In this document: positions 1 through 10,147 of the stretch, one piece after another | How the letters are laid out: each line of letters starts with the position of its first letter | Numbering within the stretch: position 1 is the first letter of the stretch | Source: Corallochytrium limacisporum Hawaii | Taxonomy: Eukaryota > Protista > Pluriformea | Direction: 5' to 3' | DNA length: 64,000 bases | Assembly (NCBI GenBank): GCA_002811645.1 | Contig: PDIP01000003.1 | Location: forward strand, 372,001 to 436,000 | The notes under the pieces: generated by a model | The model's database searches: none | The model's input: only the letters and a program-made list of their open reading frames with translations | Told to the model about the DNA's origin: nothing | Position numbers and translations under genes: made by a program

Positions 1-180
1 ATGCCATGACTTCTCCACAGGTGTCTCAACCCACAACACTGAAGAGACCGGATTTAATGACACGCGGACGTACTATCATCACAAGTGGCAATGAAATACC
101 AAACAACGGGAAATCAGGTACAAGGGGTTGCTATGGCGGTCAGACTCTTCGGCCACAGTCCACATTGTCCGTTCAGTTTT

Positions 181-3100
181 TCAAAGGAAGAACTGCAGAG
201 CGGGCACCGCATAAACAGTTTCCTCCCCCCCCGGCTGTTGTGGGCCGGGTGGATAGTACGGCAATAGGGCGTGCGGTTGGGCCACAACCTGGGCATTGTA
301 CAAATCCCAGTACACCTCCCGGACCTTGCGAGCCGGGTGGAACATGCCTTGCAGCAGATAGAGGAGTACTCTGCCAGGCCCAATTGCCTTGCCCATGGCA
401 TCAATCACTTCCAGCACCGCATTAATGACGTGACGACTGGTTTCGAATACGTTAGGCATGATAAAGTTCAGGAAGTGGATGAGTAGGTCCTCGTATCCAA
501 AGCCACGGAGAGCAAGTGCGAGATGCTTTACTGCAACACATGCATGTTGGCGATGAACGTGATCCGGGTCTGAGAGTGCATCTTCGAGCAGGGTACCCGT
601 AGAATAGGCGTAATCACGGGCGGTCTCTCCAACATACTCGAACAAGAACGCCAAGGCTTTCAGTACGCCATTCTGCACATTCATCTCGCGGACGCGATAC
701 TCGTTCAGCAATGAGGGGAGTACAGTGTACGGGTTGCAATTTTCTGCAACAACTGCAATAGCTACAGTGCTGCAAACACGCAGGCTACGATCTTGCAGCC
801 GCAGATTGTCCAATAAGGTAGCAAGTATGTCCTGAGGTCCAACGGCTCGCGAGATGACTCCAAAGGCAGCTACGGCCGCTTTGCGGATCGGTTTACGAGG
901 GGCGTTTAAGAGGTCTACCAGCAAATTTACAATCCGCATCCATTCCTTTGCGGAGCCCCGCTCTGGAGCCGTCTCTGCAATGGCACCAATTACCGTGATA
1001 ACTTTCTCTTGCACCTTTTCGTTCCGGTTCCGCAAGATGGGGCTTAGTCGCGTCAAAAGATCGGGTACCTCTGGTCTCATCTCATCTATATCGTCTGCAA
1101 AGTGTACCACAAGCGCACCAAGTCCAGCAATAACAGCGGCAAGAACATTTGGGTACTCCTCCCCCAAATATTCGTTAAGGACGGATCCAACGTGGCGAAG
1201 CATGAGTTTTTTGTGACATGTTGCCATCAAAGGAATCAAGTTTACCAGCATCTCAGCACTTTGCTGTCTTGTGGAGGCTGCTTTGTGGTTCATTCTCAGT
1301 AAGACGTTGTCACAAATCATCTGAAGATGGCGTCCTGCCCGTTGACCCATCGATTTTAGAATCATGCTGAAGTGTTTCAAAGGATGAACGTTGTGATCAT
1401 TGCACTCATTGTATGCAAAGAGGGCACCATCTACAAGTCTGTCCTGAAGCCTGTCCTCAAGATCCACGCTCGCAACTTCTGCCAAGACCTTGGCCACTCC
1501 CTCCAGGACCATGAGGCGGTACACCTCAGCCCCATCCGTCAGCCCATCCACCAAGTAATTGCATACGTCTGATGCTGAACAAACCTGTCCTAAGATTACA
1601 GTGGTTTCAAGAAGACTAGTTCGGGTGCTCCTCTTTGTGGTTGCCGTACGACGAGTCCAGAAGTGCTCGAAGAATTTAGGAATGATCTGTTCGCGTACAA
1701 ACACGGCTTCCAGGCCCTCTACCTGGCAACAGTGTCCCACCACGGTCAAGAGTACACCACGCATGTCCTCGTCGGGCGTTTTGAATTCGCGGACTAGAAT
1801 AGGCATCATTTGCTTTGTGTAGTATAGAGCATACTCTGCATCCATGAGAGGAATGAGACATCCTACTGCGCGAATGAATGACGAGAGCAATTTTCCACGG
1901 TACCTGCCAATGCCGTTCCACAAGGGTTCCAACGCAAGTTCAAAACTCTCTATACCATACGGAGCACACACTTTTGCGAGTTGCGAGATTGCATGAGCAG
2001 CTATGATTCGCACGGGGGGCACATCATCATCAAGAAGGGGCACAAGGATTTCCACCAATTCATTGAGGTGCGAGAGCACTGCGAAACCGGTGAGGAATGC
2101 CAACTGACGTACAACAGTTGCGCCCGTATGACGCGCTTCCCAGCGCTTTTGACTATGGCACACCGCTTTTAGAAATGGAATCATACTGTTGGTTCCAAGA
2201 GCAGATGCAGTCACAGCAAGCGCCTGCGCCGCCATTGCCCGCACTAACTCATCCTCCTTATCCACATCCGGTCTGAGGGTCACCAGCATTGTCGTCAATC
2301 CGGCAGCTTTCGCAAGAATGGCAATCATTTCCCGTCCTTCAGTCCTGACAATGGGGTCCTTGTCCATGAGCATGGGCTGGAAGGCCACAAGGATCCGTTT
2401 CGTATATGGGCGGACGAGATCATCCAAACTGTAAAGCACGCGATCAACGGCTTTAACCAAGTAGTGTCGGCACTGATCTCCGGCACTCTGTGCCATCACC
2501 AAAGGGAGCAACTGATCAAAAATGGCCGCCGGTCCCCATTCTCTAGCCTTTGTTGTCAGCCTCCGCAAGGCTACCTTCCTCTCAGCCGTGTTTCCATTCT
2601 TTATCTGCAAAAGAGCTGTCAGAATAGACCGCTTCAATTTGTCTGTTGGACTTAAGTTGTCCGCGTTCTTAGTGTAGTTAATCAATGGCGCAAAAAATTG
2701 GTCATCCCCCTCCCGTAGCCCCGGTAAGCTTCCGAGGAATGTTTTGCTTCCATCTTCCACCGTGCCCATGGTCTCCGCTCCGGCCAAACCGTAGGATTCC
2801 GCAGTCTGCTGTCTCTGAATGTAGAAACCACCTTCTTCAGCAGCGGTCTGCTGATCCTTTGGTACTGAAGTCCGCACTTGTAACGAAGTTCCATTGTTTC
2901 TGTCACCGTGCGGTGAAGGGATCACAACATAGCCATCTGATGGAAGGAGGCGATCCAACTGTTCATCTGTCCAGTTCGACTGGCCAGGAAGTTTAGTTTG
3001 CGCTTCATTTAACATGATTGATATTTCAACGGATTCTTCTTCTTTCACATCGGCATCCACGTCCCATCTAGACTGCTTCTTCTTATTTTTCGCTTCTCTT

Positions 3101-3183
3101 GGATCGCCACCAGTGTTTTCCGGAGCCGCCATGTCCCACCGCTTTCGTTTCCTGGCGGGGTTTTGAGATCCCGTCCCTGTCAT
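181..3183 (-). CDS. SF3B1: Splicing factor 3B subunit 1 (SF3b155/Hsh155), shortened N-terminus
   Basis: 1000-aa ORF. Two RWD ULM motifs (RKRKRWD, KKQSRWD), p14-binding-like WTDEQLDRLLP, HEAT repeats with PYGIESF, EYLGEEYP, KEWMRI, NVQNGVLK, FHPARKVREVYW. Confidence 0.98.
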   Translation of the reverse strand: MTGTGSQNPARKRKRWDMAAPENTGGDPREAKNKKKQSRWDVDADVKEEESVEISIMLNEAQTKLPGQSNWTDEQLDRLLPSDGYVVIPSPHGDRNNGTSLQVRTSVPKDQQTAAEEGGFYIQRQQTAESYGLAGAETMGTVEDGSKTFLGSLPGLREGDDQFFAPLINYTKNADNLSPTDKLKRSILTALLQIKNGNTAERKVALRRLTTKAREWGPAAIFDQLLPLVMAQSAGDQCRHYLVKAVDRVLYSLDDLVRPYTKRILVAFQPMLMDKDPIVRTEGREMIAILAKAAGLTTMLVTLRPDVDKEDELVRAMAAQALAVTASALGTNSMIPFLKAVCHSQKRWEARHTGATVVRQLAFLTGFAVLSHLNELVEILVPLLDDDVPPVRIIAAHAISQLAKVCAPYGIESFELALEPLWNGIGRYRGKLLSSFIRAVGCLIPLMDAEYALYYTKQMMPILVREFKTPDEDMRGVLLTVVGHCCQVEGLEAVFVREQIIPKFFEHFWTRRTATTKRSTRTSLLETTVILGQVCSASDVCNYLVDGLTDGAEVYRLMVLEGVAKVLAEVASVDLEDRLQDRLVDGALFAYNECNDHNVHPLKHFSMILKSMGQRAGRHLQMICDNVLLRMNHKAASTRQQSAEMLVNLIPLMATCHKKLMLRHVGSVLNEYLGEEYPNVLAAVIAGLGALVVHFADDIDEMRPEVPDLLTRLSPILRNRNEKVQEKVITVIGAIAETAPERGSAKEWMRIVNLLVDLLNAPRKPIRKAAVAAFGVISRAVGPQDILATLLDNLRLQDRSLRVCSTVAIAVVAENCNPYTVLPSLLNEYRVREMNVQNGVLKALAFLFEYVGETARDYAYSTGTLLEDALSDPDHVHRQHACVAVKHLALALRGFGYEDLLIHFLNFIMPNVFETSRHVINAVLEVIDAMGKAIGPGRVLLYLLQGMFHPARKVREVYWDLYNAQVVAQPHALLPYYPPGPQQPGGEETVYAVPALQFFL

Positions 3184-3797
3184 CTTGTTTCTCTCCGCAC
3201 AATCCGCAAAGTATGACTACATCATGTGTCTTGTTATCTGTGTGACTGGTATGCTACGCTGCGTAGTCGTGATACTTGTCACCCTTTAGGTTCGGCCATG
3301 TGAGACCCAAAATACCCATTGTCCCGTCCACAAACCACTCTATTTTCTACCCTTCATGCCCAAAGCGCGCTCGGTTGGTGCTAGATCAATATATTACAAT
3401 CAATACATCCCAACTACATATTTTCTCTTCCCCTGGTGGAGGGAGGAACTGAAGGGAAGGAACGGAAGGGGGAGGGAGGGGCCGTTGGGCGCGTGGTGCG
3501 GGAAATGCGTCTAGTAATGGATGTGCCACGGAGGGAGGAGGGTGGTGGTGCGGCTCTAAAGGCTCCGATCGCTGTCCTCACCGTGCGCCAGCGGCCGCGG
3601 GCCAAGACAAGCATTTCTGAAGGGTCAACAGCCGCGCTTCAGTAAACTTAAGTTGCTCAATTGGAATACTAACTGCAGCAGCTTTGCTCTACCAAGGTAC
3701 TTAGAGTAGTGCAACTACAAGGAATGACAAGTTCTGTATGGGTTCATATGTACGCGTTCAATTGTTCGGGGAAGGGCTCATATTAGCACGTAACAAA

Positions 3798-4016
3798 ATG
3801 ATCATTCCTGTGCGCTGTTTCACCTGCGGGAAGGTGATTGGCAATAAGTGGGAGCAATACTTTAATCTGCTTGCGAACGATTACCATGCTGGCACTGCTC
3901 TTGATGAGCTCGGCCTGCAGCGCTACTGCTGCCGTCGTATGATAATGACCCACGTCGATATCATTGACCAGCTCCTGCGATACGAAGCCTTCGAGAAGCG
4001 CCCAAATGATATGTAG
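3798..4016 (+). CDS. RPB10: RNA polymerase I/II/III shared subunit RPABC5 (Rpb10)
   Basis: [18 protein letters not shown]...RYCCRRM signature. Start placed at the ATG at 3798 (acaaaATG) rather than the ORF-track start at 3738. Confidence 0.98.
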   Translation: MIIPVRCFTCGKVIGNKWEQYFNLLANDYHAGTALDELGLQRYCCRRMIMTHVDIIDQLLRYEAFEKRPNDM

Positions 4017-4301
4017 ACTTGGAATCCTATTATAAAATTTAAAGAATGGTGAGAGAGTACTATCAATGAATTTCCATAGTAAAGCCGCAACGGCCAATAC
4101 ATACATACACATGTAGCATATAATTCTGCGAATGGTAAAAAATGCGATCTATTTGAATTCATGTTTGTCAAAAGTTGTCAAGCTCATATCAATGGAGTCG
4201 AACACGTCCTCTGTCTGAACAAAGACGACTAGGAAGTCGAACCCCTCACTTTGATGTATGTTCCAGAGAAGCCGAACGGAGAGTCATAACAATTAAGATA
4301 T

Positions 4302-5300
4302 TTACAATTTCTCGGTCAGTTCGGGGACGGCCTTGAACAGATCATCTACAAGACCATAGTCAGCAACCTGGAAGATGGGTGCCTCCGCATCCTTATTGAT
4401 GGCAACAATGGTCTTTGAGTCCTTCATACCAGCCAGATGCTGAATGGCACCAGAGATTCCGACGGCAATATACAGTTCGGGGGCAACGATCTTTCCCGTC
4501 TGACCAATCTGCATGTCGTTGGGGCAGAAGCCAGCATCCACAGCCGCGCGGGATGCACCCACAGCGGCACCAATCTTGTCCGACAGATCGTACAGGAGCT
4601 TGAAGTTGTCACCAGACTTCAAACCGCGGCCACCAGAGACGACGATCTTGGCAGTGCCAAGGTCGGGGCGGTCAGATTTGGACAGTTCCTGACCGACGAA
4701 TTCAGAGGAGTCGTTTGAGACTGCAACGTCCATTTTCTCTACGGTGCCAGATCCACCCTCAGCAGGAGCAGCATCGAACGCAGTAGAGCGAACAGTGACA
4801 ATTTGCAGAGAATCGGCAGAGCTCACGGTCTGGATTGCGTTTCCGGCGTAGATGGTGCGGACGTACTCCTTCTCTCCCTTAATGCCAATGATGTCTGAGA
4901 TAGGTTGAGAATCGAATTCAACTCCCAGACGAGGGGCAATGTTCTTGCCGGTGGCAGAGGCGGGCAGGAAAATGTGGCTGTAGCTGCCGGCATCCTGGGC
5001 GGCCTTGATGGCTGGGGCAACAGCTTCCGGCAGGAAACCTTCGAACGCAGCATCCTCGACAGCAATAACCTTCTCGACACCGGCGATCTTAGCGGCCTGT
5101 TCAGCAATACCGGAAGCCTTGGAACCGACGACCAGAGCAGTCACGGACCCACCGACTTTTGTCGCGGCAGTGACGGTATTGAGTGTACCGGAAGCGATCT
5201 TGTCATTGTTGTGTTCGACGTACACCAACGAAGAAGCAAAACGCTTAGTAGTGAAGTTGCGTGCCGCAGGGCGGACACCCGAGCGCAGGACAGAGAGCAT
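4302..5300 (-). CDS. ETFA: Electron transfer flavoprotein subunit alpha, mitochondrial
   Basis: Mitochondrial presequence, [53 protein letters not shown]. Confidence 0.98.
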   Translation of the reverse strand: MLSVLRSGVRPAARNFTTKRFASSLVYVEHNNDKIASGTLNTVTAATKVGGSVTALVVGSKASGIAEQAAKIAGVEKVIAVEDAAFEGFLPEAVAPAIKAAQDAGSYSHIFLPASATGKNIAPRLGVEFDSQPISDIIGIKGEKEYVRTIYAGNAIQTVSSADSLQIVTVRSTAFDAAPAEGGSGTVEKMDVAVSNDSSEFVGQELSKSDRPDLGTAKIVVSGGRGLKSGDNFKLLYDLSDKIGAAVGASRAAVDAGFCPNDMQIGQTGKIVAPELYIAVGISGAIQHLAGMKDSKTIVAINKDAEAPIFQVADYGLVDDLFKAVPELTEKL

Positions 5301-6757
5301 TTTTACCGTGTCTTTGTATACAAGATCCCGGAATTAGAAAACGTACACGCTTTTGACAAAAACAACTGAGGTTTCAAATTTGGAGGATATTATTAAGTAC
5401 CCTAAACAACTTGGTGAGACCCAGATGTGAGCAGCCCAGCGAGCCAAACCGGAGAGTAATATCAGAATGTTGTGAACCATCCCTCAGGTGGACTTGTGGT
5501 GTAAAATGCAATTCGTGTGCGCTCACAAGTCCTTGCTTCCGTCATTGACAAAATCCTTGTACGGTTCTCCAAAGGTGCCAACACGCAACTTTGGAGACAG
5601 ACCGCACACGGAACCACGGTGTGCACGGCACCCCAAAGTCCATCGTTCTCCAGGAACTATGTTTTGCTTCACGTGCTCCGACTGGTCCACCTTGCGGTTG
5701 TAACAATAGGCTGCGCCTCTCCCTTTAGTGAATATATTCAGTAAATGCATCTCATGTCGACACCGGTTTGTTATTTTGAGACAGGTGCAGACACGGCCCA
5801 CTTGCATCGTCCCGACTGTATTAAAGGCAGTCCCGACAATGTGTGAGCGGTAGAGAATCCGAATCCCATCTCTCTCTGACGGGAACACGGAGAGTATGTC
5901 CTCTGCGCTCACCACTGATCCGCACAAAGCATCAACAATGGAACCCCCCACGCCGCTGGCTATGTATGGAACTCCCGGGATGAGGGAGGGTGCGCCCGCC
6001 TGGCTTACGGTCCGGTCCAACCGAGCAACTTCACACTTTTCACCCGGCTCACGCTTCCGCCACCTTCCCCGCCTTCCCGCGTGATTTTCCCAGTTCACAC
6101 CGCCGCTCGCAGTGACACACCAGAAAAAGAGAGGGAGGGAGAGAGAAAAAGAAAAAGGAGAAACGAAGCCGGCTGATCGGGCACAACGCCAAAAGTAAAC
6201 AAAGAAAATGAAGGGAGCCCCCCCCCCCGGGGGGCCCTTCCCCACACACTGTTTACGAGGGCGGATCATTTGTGTTTTCCTTAAAAGCCCCTGCCTTCCC
6301 ATGGCCACCCCACCTTCGCGTAGCTTTTGACCGTCTCCACCGTCCCTCGGCGCTGAGGAGAAATTTGCACCGGACCCGAGGAGGGGAACCTTTGTTTTTT
6401 TGTTTCCCATACTTTTCTTATAGACCCGCAGCAGCCCAATCTTTCGGTCCTCAGCGAGATAGTTCCTTTTTGCCAGTTCTCCAGTAAGGCAGGACATTTC
6501 ATGACGGGCCGGGCACGCCTCCAGGGACACCCACCCCCCGCGCCGGGGGTTGGTGGAGAGGCGCTACGCATTTGTAAAGGCCGGTAATCAATGGCGGTGC
6601 CTTGTTGTGAGCGACGGTCGCCGATTGTCGACTTGAGATTTACAAAGCAAGTGAGGCAGGTATGCTGTCAAATGCGTATGAATTTTTATCATGATGAAAG
6701 TATGTAAAATGAAAATTGAATAATGCAAGCACAGCGTACATCACAAGGGAGGATTGA

Positions 6758-9700
6758 TTAGTCCTGGTACGCCTGTTCTGTCTTGTCCACCAACTCCGCC
6801 TGGGAGTCGCGCAAACTGGGCCGGACCTCATCACCATGGTCGCTATTCTTCGATGATGAGCTTTGACCATGACTGCCAGACTCCGGGTCCTCATAAGCGG
6901 GTTCCAGGATATCGATCTTCTTGGGAGGGTTCGGCCTCATGTCACCCATTTCTGTTTTCTCGTCCTCGCCGTCCATAAGGTTGGAACTTCGCATCACCTG
7001 TGCCACTCTCGCTGCCGATGATCTCCTTTGAGAAGGGAAATTGTTACGGACAGAAAGATTCTCTGTCGAGCGCATGGTGGAGCGGAGCGGTCCCTGGCCT
7101 CTGTCTCCATGACCATGACGAAGAAGTGCCTTGGCCCGACTAGATGCGATCACCAGGCGCGCAGCCGCTTTGAAGGTCATCTTGGGCTTGGGTGGTGGCT
7201 CCATTGATGGCAAGTCGCAGTCCATCACGACAATCCGTACGTTGGTGTCGTCATCGAGGATGCACATACCCTTGTACACTACCGCGGGTGCCGTAAGTGT
7301 CTTGGTGAGATCCTTCTTGGTGTCTGGCTCAATGTAGTGCACTTGGATGCTACCACGAACCAAGAGGCCTGGATCGTCCATTACGACTCTCTGTCCATCA
7401 CCCTGGCCCTTGACAAGTCCGCAGTCCAGCAGAGCGGCGCGGATCTGACGTGTGCCCTCAAGACCAAGCATGTCGATAAAGGTCGTACTTAGGTGCTGGC
7501 GCATCACACGATCCGCGACCAGGCGCCACAGTTCAACTTCGGCTTCAGCATTACGGGACAGGAGTTCTTCAAGCTGGGCTATCTTCAGCTTCAAAACTTC
7601 AACAAGAGACTCCGCGATACATTGTTCTCCCAGCCCAGGGCTCATCAAATGGCTGGTCAGACCATAAACATATCCAGCACCAGCACTGAGAACCTTTTCA
7701 CCAACGCTGGTGGAGCTGTCGCAGGCAATGAATGTGTTGGTTTCGACGAGGGCTGCAATGGACGCCCGCCTCTTTTCGGTGAGGCCATATTCTTGATACG
7801 TGCAGCGCACAATACCTCTCATGACAACATAGATGAAGTCACTGGGGTTCTGGCCAACCATGGCATCTTTTCCGTCTGCGACAAGCTCTACCTTTGAAGT
7901 CAACCTGCAGAGCACCTCCTTATCCTCGTCACAAAGTCTTTCGATAAATGGGACCTCTTCAAGGACTTCCTTGGGCGTCATGAAGCGTGTGTACTGCCTG
8001 TAGTACTTGGCCTCTGCCATGATAGTATGAATTTGTGTCGTAAGCATGTCTGCCTCGGACTCATCGAGCAAGCCAGCTTCCTGCACCTCCTCAATTTCCT
8101 TCAAGAGCTTCTCGAGGATACGGAACGCAGCATGGCGGGACTGCAATGCCATGGTTAGAGTATTACTGAACTTCGAGAAAGCAGCAAGCTGGATTTCACA
8201 GTCACTGACAGCTTTGTGAGCTGATTTACGGTACTCCGCCTCGATATTTTCTTGATGACCAATCACTTCTGACATAATTTCCATGACTTGGCGGACAATT
8301 TCGATGAAATTCAGGCACACCTCGAAGCCAGTCTGAGCGTACTGCATTAGTCCCTTCCGTAGCAGACTTGCCACAACGGGTGTGCTGCGGCATTTCTTGT
8401 AGAATTTGACAAAAGACTGATGTTTGATCTGTGGTTCTAAATCTGCCCAAATGTCGTCAATTCCAGTCATGTTGTCTTTGTCCAGCAGTTCTTCGACATG
8501 ATGATCCAGTACTCTGAATGCGAGCTGCCCCATGGAACCTTCATTGTAAAAGGCAGCTCGAACTTCTCTCTTCATGGCATTGAGGAAGATCTTTCGGGCC
8601 TCAATGTTTCTCATGGTGTCTGATACTTCACATGTGATCTTGGCATCCCTCTTTCGGATCTTACGGTGGACACCAAGTTTGCCCAACTGTATACGTTCCT
8701 CTACAATGTTCCAGTTTGCACCCTGATAGAACCGCTCCTGTTTCAGACGATCAAGTTCGTACTCAGCCTCGCTCACAAGGTGCGACACGGTCTTGTCAAC
8801 AACGATTTGTCGAGATCTGGAGATGCGGTCGAGGTCGAATCCTTGTAGAATGTACTTCACCGTGGTTCCATTGATTAGCAATGTCATTGCCACAATGCAT
8901 GCCACCAAGAAGCTGACACGAGAGCGATTGAATTCATTGATATTCTCGTCCAACTCAACCAAGAGGGCCAGGGCCAGAGCGATGGCTCCGCGTAGGCCGC
9001 CCCAACTCATGATTAGATAGGTTGACAAATCCATGCCGTACCCGGTACGTTGCAGAATCGGGTACATCAGACCATTGGCAAAGAATCGCGCTCCGTTCAT
9101 GACCGCATACAGAATGAAAACGTTTGCAACATCCCGACCATCGATTTCATCGCCAGTATCCTCTGGATAGAACACCCGCACAACAATGATGAAACCGGAG
9201 ATGAGGAACAGCAAGGTGTTGGCAAACCATGACAGAAGATGCCAGGCGTGATGAATCCTCTCACCGTTTTCCAAGGAAGAGAAGAACAGTTGACCCTGCC
9301 AACTAAAAACAAGGCCCACCACCACAACTGCTAACACACCCGATACATGTGCACTGGTGCCTTCAGATACCCAGAACGCCAGGTAAGGAATGGTGATAGT
9401 GGTCGCCGCCTCCACAATGTTGTCAAAGAAACTGAGTTCTAGCAAAATAAGCCCACCAAGGGCAAATGCAGCTCCCATCAGAGGTCCGCCAATGGCAAGA
9501 CGGAAGAAGAACTTAATAAACTCCCCTGCATCGCGATTTGCTCCATCAATTTGTCCCTGGAACAATAGAAAGGCCACAAATGCCGTACCATCGTTGAGGA
9601 GGGACTCACCCTCGATAACTGTCGCCAGTCGGGGTGATGCACCAAGTTCCCGAAGAAGAGCAACGACAGCCACTGGATCAGTAGCTGCAAGAATGGAACC

Positions 9701-10147
9701 CAACAGAAAGGAAAGGTCCCAGCTCCAGTCATACCCGAATGCTTCATGCGCAACCACCGCCATGATACAAATGTTGATCACAACGCCCGGACCGGCCAAC
9801 AACAAGGCCTGGTCGAAAATTTTACCGAAAGTATGCACATTGACTCCATATGCACTCTCAAAGATGAGCGCAGGAATGAATACAAAGAGAATAATGTCCG
9901 GATGCAAGTCTGCAATAAACTCGAAGGCAGTGGTGAGTTCACCGAGGTCGATCTCCTCGTACATCAAACCTAGGAGACCACCAAGGACGAGCAGTATGAC
10001 TGTGTATGGCAATTTGCTTGTGAACTTGGTGATCAAGTGGTGTCTTTGAATAAGGCGAACCACAATGCCAACGATGGCAAAGAAGAAGACGGCCAGGACC
10101 ACATAGTGGCCTGTAAATTCTTCTGCTGCGGAAGATCCCCCGCTCAT
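6758..10147 (-). CDS. CPA1 Na+/H+ antiporter, SOS1/NHX7-SLC9C type, with long cytosolic tail and cyclic-nucleotide-binding-like domain
   Basis: About 12-13 TM segments with ILAATDPVAVVALL, IEGESLLNDG, WGGLRGAIALALAL. C-terminal CNBD-like segment EVPFIERL...FIYVVMRGIV...GAGYVYGL. Confidence 0.92.
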   Translation of the reverse strand: MSGGSSAAEEFTGHYVVLAVFFFAIVGIVVRLIQRHHLITKFTSKLPYTVILLVLGGLLGLMYEEIDLGELTTAFEFIADLHPDIILFVFIPALIFESAYGVNVHTFGKIFDQALLLAGPGVVINICIMAVVAHEAFGYDWSWDLSFLLGSILAATDPVAVVALLRELGASPRLATVIEGESLLNDGTAFVAFLLFQGQIDGANRDAGEFIKFFFRLAIGGPLMGAAFALGGLILLELSFFDNIVEAATTITIPYLAFWVSEGTSAHVSGVLAVVVVGLVFSWQGQLFFSSLENGERIHHAWHLLSWFANTLLFLISGFIIVVRVFYPEDTGDEIDGRDVANVFILYAVMNGARFFANGLMYPILQRTGYGMDLSTYLIMSWGGLRGAIALALALLVELDENINEFNRSRVSFLVACIVAMTLLINGTTVKYILQGFDLDRISRSRQIVVDKTVSHLVSEAEYELDRLKQERFYQGANWNIVEERIQLGKLGVHRKIRKRDAKITCEVSDTMRNIEARKIFLNAMKREVRAAFYNEGSMGQLAFRVLDHHVEELLDKDNMTGIDDIWADLEPQIKHQSFVKFYKKCRSTPVVASLLRKGLMQYAQTGFEVCLNFIEIVRQVMEIMSEVIGHQENIEAEYRKSAHKAVSDCEIQLAAFSKFSNTLTMALQSRHAAFRILEKLLKEIEEVQEAGLLDESEADMLTTQIHTIMAEAKYYRQYTRFMTPKEVLEEVPFIERLCDEDKEVLCRLTSKVELVADGKDAMVGQNPSDFIYVVMRGIVRCTYQEYGLTEKRRASIAALVETNTFIACDSSTSVGEKVLSAGAGYVYGLTSHLMSPGLGEQCIAESLVEVLKLKIAQLEELLSRNAEAEVELWRLVADRVMRQHLSTTFIDMLGLEGTRQIRAALLDCGLVKGQGDGQRVVMDDPGLLVRGSIQVHYIEPDTKKDLTKTLTAPAVVYKGMCILDDDTNVRIVVMDCDLPSMEPPPKPKMTFKAAARLVIASSRAKALLRHGHGDRGQGPLRSTMRSTENLSVRNNFPSQRRSSAARVAQVMRSSNLMDGEDEKTEMGDMRPNPPKKIDILEPAYEDPESGSHGQSSSSKNSDHGDEVRPSLRDSQAELVDKTEQAYQD

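Noticed and set aside
5523-6530. 335-aa minus-strand ORF, and similar ORFs at 18941-19743 and 44513-45421
   Set aside because: They mostly lack an ATG start, run through homopolymer and microsatellite tracts, and show no domain. Best explained as stop-poor low-complexity DNA.
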